Shown piece after piece: positions 59,834 to 64,000 of a stretch of DNA of 64,000 nucleotides; the first letter of the stretch is position 1; each line of letters starts with the position of its first letter. A model generated the notes under the pieces. It was given only the letters and a program-made list of their open reading frames with translations. It was not told the DNA's origin and did not search any database. The stretch is from Bacteroidia bacterium (GTDB taxonomy: Bacteria > Bacteroidota > Bacteroidia > NS11-12g > UBA9320): positions 448,001 to 512,000 of the forward strand of contig CBDCFW010000005.1 in NCBI GenBank assembly GCA_965216465.1, read 5' to 3'. A program made the translations under genes and the position numbers.

Positions 59834-60313
59834 ATGAGAAACTTATTAATAATTATGGGGTTTTGCCTTCTTTTTGCTTGTGAAACTCCAGACAATTCTA
59901 CCGAAGTAAATATTCCAACGGATTCCATCACATTCGACTCGGCTTTAGCTTCTGAATATGGTGCCGATGAGTATGGCATGAAAAAATATGTCATTGCATT
60001 TCTAAAAAAAGGTCCAAATAGAGACCTTGACTCTGCAAAAGCTGTTGAATTGCAGCGTGCCCATTTAGACAACATTGGCCGTATGGCAGAAGAAGGCACA
60101 CTTGTATTAGCTGGTCCTTTTTTTGGCAACGATGACCTTAGAGGGATTTATATCTTCAATGTGTCATCCATTGCTGAAGCAGAAGAGCTAACCAAAACAG
60201 ATCCCGCCATTCAAGAAGGAAGCTTAGTTATGGAGCTAAAAGAATGGTACGGATCGGCAGCTCTAATGGCTGTTAACGAAATTCATCCAAAAATGTCTAA
60301 AACACCGATATGA
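59834..60313 (+). CDS. YciI-family lipoprotein
   Basis: Lipobox LFAC; AHL..I, LAGPF, DPAI..G. Confidence 0.8.
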   Translation: MRNLLIIMGFCLLFACETPDNSTEVNIPTDSITFDSALASEYGADEYGMKKYVIAFLKKGPNRDLDSAKAVELQRAHLDNIGRMAEEGTLVLAGPFFGNDDLRGIYIFNVSSIAEAEELTKTDPAIQEGSLVMELKEWYGSAALMAVNEIHPKMSKTPI

Positions 60314-61260
60314 TGAAATATGCTTACATAGCCCTTGCTTGCTTATTATTCTACTCTTGTGACCAAACAGCAAATCAATTTACTGAGCTTCCAGAACGAG
60401 GAATTCAACTGATGATTTTAGGTACTATTCAAGATGCGGGCTCTCCGCATATTGGATGCAACAAAGAATGCTGTTCTCGCCTGTTTGAAACACCCGATAA
60501 GAATAGAATGGTATCTTCAGTAGGAATCATTGATTTTATTCATAACTCTTCTTACTTGATCGACGCCACTCCGGATATGGGTAGGCAAATGAAGTTGCTG
60601 AAAAAAGCTGCTAATTCTGAAACTGAGTTCCCAGATGGAATTTTCTTAACGCATGCTCATGCAGGACATTATACCGGTTTGATGTACTTAGGAAAAGAGG
60701 GAGCGAATGCAGATAGTGTTCCCGTTTATGCTATGCCAAAAATGCGTGACTTTATTGAAAACAATGAGCCTTGGAAACAGCTGGTGAGCATTAAGAACAT
60801 TGAAATGCGATCTATTGTTGCTAGTGAGAAGAAGGTGCTAAATGATTCACTTTCAGTTGTTCCTTTTCTTGTTCCTCATCGGGATGAATTGTCTGAAACC
60901 GTAGGATATAAGATTATTGGACCAAATAAAACAGCACTATTCATTCCAGACATCAACAAATGGAATCTATGGGACAAAAGCATTGTTGAAGAAATTAAGC
61001 AGGTTGATTATGCCTTTCTTGATGCAACATTCTACGACCAAAATGAAGTTCCGCATAGAAACATGGACGAGATTCCACATCCGTTTGTGGTTGAAAGCGT
61101 AGCACTGTTTAGTGTGCTATCAGATGAAGATAAGGCCAAAATTCATTTTACACATTTCAACCATACCAATCCGCTGCTTAACAACGGAAGCAATGAGTTT
61201 TATCAATTCAGAAGTAGCGGCTTTAATATTGCCCAGGTTGGAAATCGATTTGAATTATGA
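60310..61260 (+). CDS. MBL-fold metallohydrolase, PqqB/PhnP-like, with lipoprotein signal
   Basis: LGTIQDAGSPHIGCNKECC, LIDATPD, LTHAHAGHYTG, HFNHTNP. Confidence 0.85.
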   Translation: MMKYAYIALACLLFYSCDQTANQFTELPERGIQLMILGTIQDAGSPHIGCNKECCSRLFETPDKNRMVSSVGIIDFIHNSSYLIDATPDMGRQMKLLKKAANSETEFPDGIFLTHAHAGHYTGLMYLGKEGANADSVPVYAMPKMRDFIENNEPWKQLVSIKNIEMRSIVASEKKVLNDSLSVVPFLVPHRDELSETVGYKIIGPNKTALFIPDINKWNLWDKSIVEEIKQVDYAFLDATFYDQNEVPHRNMDEIPHPFVVESVALFSVLSDEDKAKIHFTHFNHTNPLLNNGSNEFYQFRSSGFNIAQVGNRFEL

Positions 61261-61539
61261 GTTCAACTCCATGAATTCAACTCCGTCAGCTGTTGCTTTA
61301 AACATGCTTTCTTTCATCTTGTCACTGTCGTAAACCCAAGACAGGGCATTTTGCTTATTCGTAGCAACAAGCAACTTATGATGGATTAGATTTTTAATGG
61401 CATCAGCAACCACATTTGGATTCTTCTCTGTGGTACACTCTTCGGCAATACTACCAAATGTTTCAGGAAAAATACACATGTTCAGAATCTCCAATTCCAG
61501 CTCCGGCAATTCAATTATTTTAATTTTCTTCCTTTCCAT
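61255..61539 (-). CDS. Small hypothetical protein (possible winged helix)
   Basis: 94-aa ORF overlapping the upstream GT2 gene by 25 bp. Confidence 0.65.
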   Translation of the reverse strand: MERKKIKIIELPELELEILNMCIFPETFGSIAEECTTEKNPNVVADAIKNLIHHKLLVATNKQNALSWVYDSDKMKESMFKATADGVEFMELNS

Positions 61540-62615
61540 TTAAACGATAGTATTTGACTCAAGGGAGGCAACAAGGTCATATACAAAATATGAAACACCT
61601 GCCCTACCAATAAAGTTTGGGTCCATGTGGTGAAACCAAAAAACGAAGCAAACTTAGTATAAAACCGATCTTCTGCCAGCACTTTAATCAAAAGTAAAAA
61701 GGCCCCAATGGTTAATCCTATCTTAGAAAATGAAAGGAACGCCAATACAATGCTTAAGTTGAAAACCCAAACGCCTGATAGAATTAGCGTATTCTTCTTC
61801 AGGTCGTAGTCGCCATTCTTGCTTGCCCAACGAATTCGCTGATTCCAGAACTCTTTGAAACTCGAAGGACCATTGGTTACTACCATGGCTTCATTATGTT
61901 TACAGAACATTATTCCATTTGGAAAGTTAAATGACGTACTCTGCAATAAGAAAACATCGTCGCCACTTGCTTTGTGTTCTTTCAGATTAAATCGCTCTAA
62001 CACCTCTCTTCTATAAGCCAAGTTTGCTCCATTGCAAATCATAGGGAGGTTCCATTCAATATGAGCTGCACCAATAGCGATTAGAGCGGCAAAGTCGAGG
62101 CTTATTATTTTATGCCTTAGCTCTTTTCTTGGGATGAAATTTACAGGACCGCTTACTAGCTGAATTTTATCATCGGCAAAACACCCACCCATACGCATAA
62201 TCCAATTTGGAGCCAGAATACAATCGGCATCAGTTTGCAGAATAATGTCACCTTTTGCCTCGGTCCATGCTAGCTTTAATGCCTCTTTTTTTCCTTCATT
62301 TTCTTCAAGATCAAACACCTGAAACGGATGTTTTAAGTTTGAATTGATAATGTAATTGGCCCCATTATCAGTTGAATGGTCATTCACAAATACAATATCG
62401 AGATGAGTGCCTTTCAGCTTTAAAATATTTAATGAGTTGATTAAGCGGGGCAGGTTTTTTTCTTCATTTCTAAATGGAATTACCACTGTAACACTCAAGT
62501 GGCTTGCATCTTGATCTTCAGGTTCTGGTATACTTTCCCACAGTTTGGCATACTTGCCCAAGAGGTCGAAGTAAGTGAGACCCAGAATAAGAGCTATAAT
62601 TATTAATACAATCAC
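61515..62615 (-). CDS. GT2 family glycosyltransferase, membrane-bound
   Basis: VVIPFRNE, VNDHSTD, QTDADC, SGDDVF, QRIRW. Confidence 0.9.
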   Translation of the reverse strand: MIVLIIIALILGLTYFDLLGKYAKLWESIPEPEDQDASHLSVTVVIPFRNEEKNLPRLINSLNILKLKGTHLDIVFVNDHSTDNGANYIINSNLKHPFQVFDLEENEGKKEALKLAWTEAKGDIILQTDADCILAPNWIMRMGGCFADDKIQLVSGPVNFIPRKELRHKIISLDFAALIAIGAAHIEWNLPMICNGANLAYRREVLERFNLKEHKASGDDVFLLQSTSFNFPNGIMFCKHNEAMVVTNGPSSFKEFWNQRIRWASKNGDYDLKKNTLILSGVWVFNLSIVLAFLSFSKIGLTIGAFLLLIKVLAEDRFYTKFASFFGFTTWTQTLLVGQVFHILYMTLLPPLSQILSFKWKGRKLK

Positions 62616-63568
62616 CTTTTAACCAAAGTTGAATATGCAATATAAACGGTTCCTAACAAACCAGGCAAAATCAAATTTATAAGCCATAGCGATGTAACTG
62701 CCATTAATAGCGAATCATTGTATAGCCAGTCTCCAAATAGCACTTGGCAAACGGCCATTCTTATCCCTAAATCAGAAACTGCGGGTATAGGAACCAATGT
62801 TTGCATCAGGTAAGCTACTGGAACTAGAATCATGGCTTCGATGGGCAGTCCCATATCTCTAAAGATATAGAGCAAGAGAAAGAATTGAAGCGAAAATATC
62901 ACATAGCGAATACCCGACGCCGCGGTTACTCGTATAAACAGCTGTTTATCGTACGACTTAATTATGCCAACGGTTCTAAGGTACTTTTTAGGCAATCGTT
63001 TCAGGACGTAATTGATTATTCTTTTTGCATTGAATAGAAAAACCAACAAACCTCCTAAAATGAGTATCGCCAGCGTGATATCTCGAGATGGGTCTACATA
63101 ATCAATTTCATTATTGAATCCGAGATACGCAATTAAAGCTAGTAAGCCAATAGCATAGGTATAGAGTACCTGAGTAAAATTACCTGTAATTGTGGCTATG
63201 GTAACCTTAACAGGATGTATTCCCTTCAAAAGCAGGCTCCTTCCAATATACTCGCCTGTTCTTGCGGGAGTAAAATTGCTGATAGCCATGCCCCCAAGCG
63301 TTACAAAAAATGCTCGAGCCTGACTCAACTTGATTTCGGAGCGTATAAGATGCTTAAGTTTATATGCTTCTGCATTCCAGTTTAACAGAGCAAGAAGAAG
63401 AACAACTCCAAGCAGCCAGTAATCATCTATAAGTTTCTCAAATAAATTTAGAAACAATGAAGATTCAATTTTTTGGTATTGGTCAACAAAGAACCAAATT
63501 GAAGCTATGCTTATTGCCCACTTGAGAATCGGATAAAGTAGTTTGTATGATTGAGATGTTCTGCTCAA
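62612..63568 (-). CDS. Lysylphosphatidylglycerol synthase TM-domain (flippase-like) membrane protein
   Basis: LLNWNAEAYK, FTPARTGEYIGR; multiple TMs. Confidence 0.8.
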   Translation of the reverse strand: MSRTSQSYKLLYPILKWAISIASIWFFVDQYQKIESSLFLNLFEKLIDDYWLLGVVLLLALLNWNAEAYKLKHLIRSEIKLSQARAFFVTLGGMAISNFTPARTGEYIGRSLLLKGIHPVKVTIATITGNFTQVLYTYAIGLLALIAYLGFNNEIDYVDPSRDITLAILILGGLLVFLFNAKRIINYVLKRLPKKYLRTVGIIKSYDKQLFIRVTAASGIRYVIFSLQFFLLLYIFRDMGLPIEAMILVPVAYLMQTLVPIPAVSDLGIRMAVCQVLFGDWLYNDSLLMAVTSLWLINLILPGLLGTVYIAYSTLVKR

Positions 63569-63619
63569 GTTAAAGAATGTGGATTAAGGTTTGATTTGGT
63601 TGTCTAACTTCGTATTTCA

Positions 63620-64000
63620 GTGGCGAAAGATAACACTTACCAAAAGATAATAATGGGTATTGACCCGGGAACAAACATCTCCGGTTATGGAGTCATTGGA
63701 ATTCGTCAAAATGAGCTCCATTTAATAAGTATGGGAATTTTTGATTTGCGTAAAGAAGCTAATCATGCCATGAAGCTGCAATCGATCTTTAATCAATGCT
63801 CAAAACTGATTGACACCTACCTACCCGATGAGTTTGCCATAGAGGCCCCATTTTTTGGCAAGAATCCACAAAGTATGCTCAAGTTGGGTCGAGCCCAAGG
63901 TGTAAGTATGGCCGCAGCATTAAACAAGCAGATTCCAATTTTTGAATATGCTCCAAAACGGGTTAAACAAAGTGTAACAGGCAATGGAAATGCAAGTAAA
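63620..64000 (+). CDS. ruvC: Holliday junction resolvase RuvC, partial (runs off the window; absent from the ORF track)
   Basis: GTG 63620: [24 protein letters not shown]...[22 protein letters not shown]...[19 protein letters not shown]. Confidence 0.93.
   Translation, partial: MAKDNTYQKIIMGIDPGTNISGYGVIGIRQNELHLISMGIFDLRKEANHAMKLQSIFNQCSKLIDTYLPDEFAIEAPFFGKNPQSMLKLGRAQGVSMAAALNKQIPIFEYAPKRVKQSVTGNGNASK

Overview
AT-rich Bacteroidota chromosomal core region, identified by TAnnTTTG -7 promoters, a split atpBEFHAG / atpDC arrangement, a SprE/PorW homologue and a Bacteroidota-type SRP RNA. It carries about 55 tightly packed genes, mostly housekeeping (pyrE, coaD, rsmD, atp genes, PBP1A, rlmF, mtaB, gatB, alaS, pdxJ, fsa/tal, gltA, partial ruvC). 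I saw no transposase, integrase, CRISPR array, tRNA or rRNA. The best candidate for an undescribed system is the 455-bp gap after atpC (50119-50573). It holds a complete minus-strand sigma-54 promoter (-24/-12 box, exact IHF consensus, upstream activator box) and an intrinsic terminator enclosing a ~205-nt ORF-free, rod-folding, UAG-rich RNA. Its activator box matches tandem boxes in front of the nearby GAFTGA-containing response regulator and Hpt genes. Other oddities: sprE/porW split by one extra A, a glycosyltransferase apparently needing an AUU start, a secreted pseudo-caspase plus caspase tandem, a divergent Lgt, and face-to-face promoters. All calls are by eye, with no database searches or folding software.
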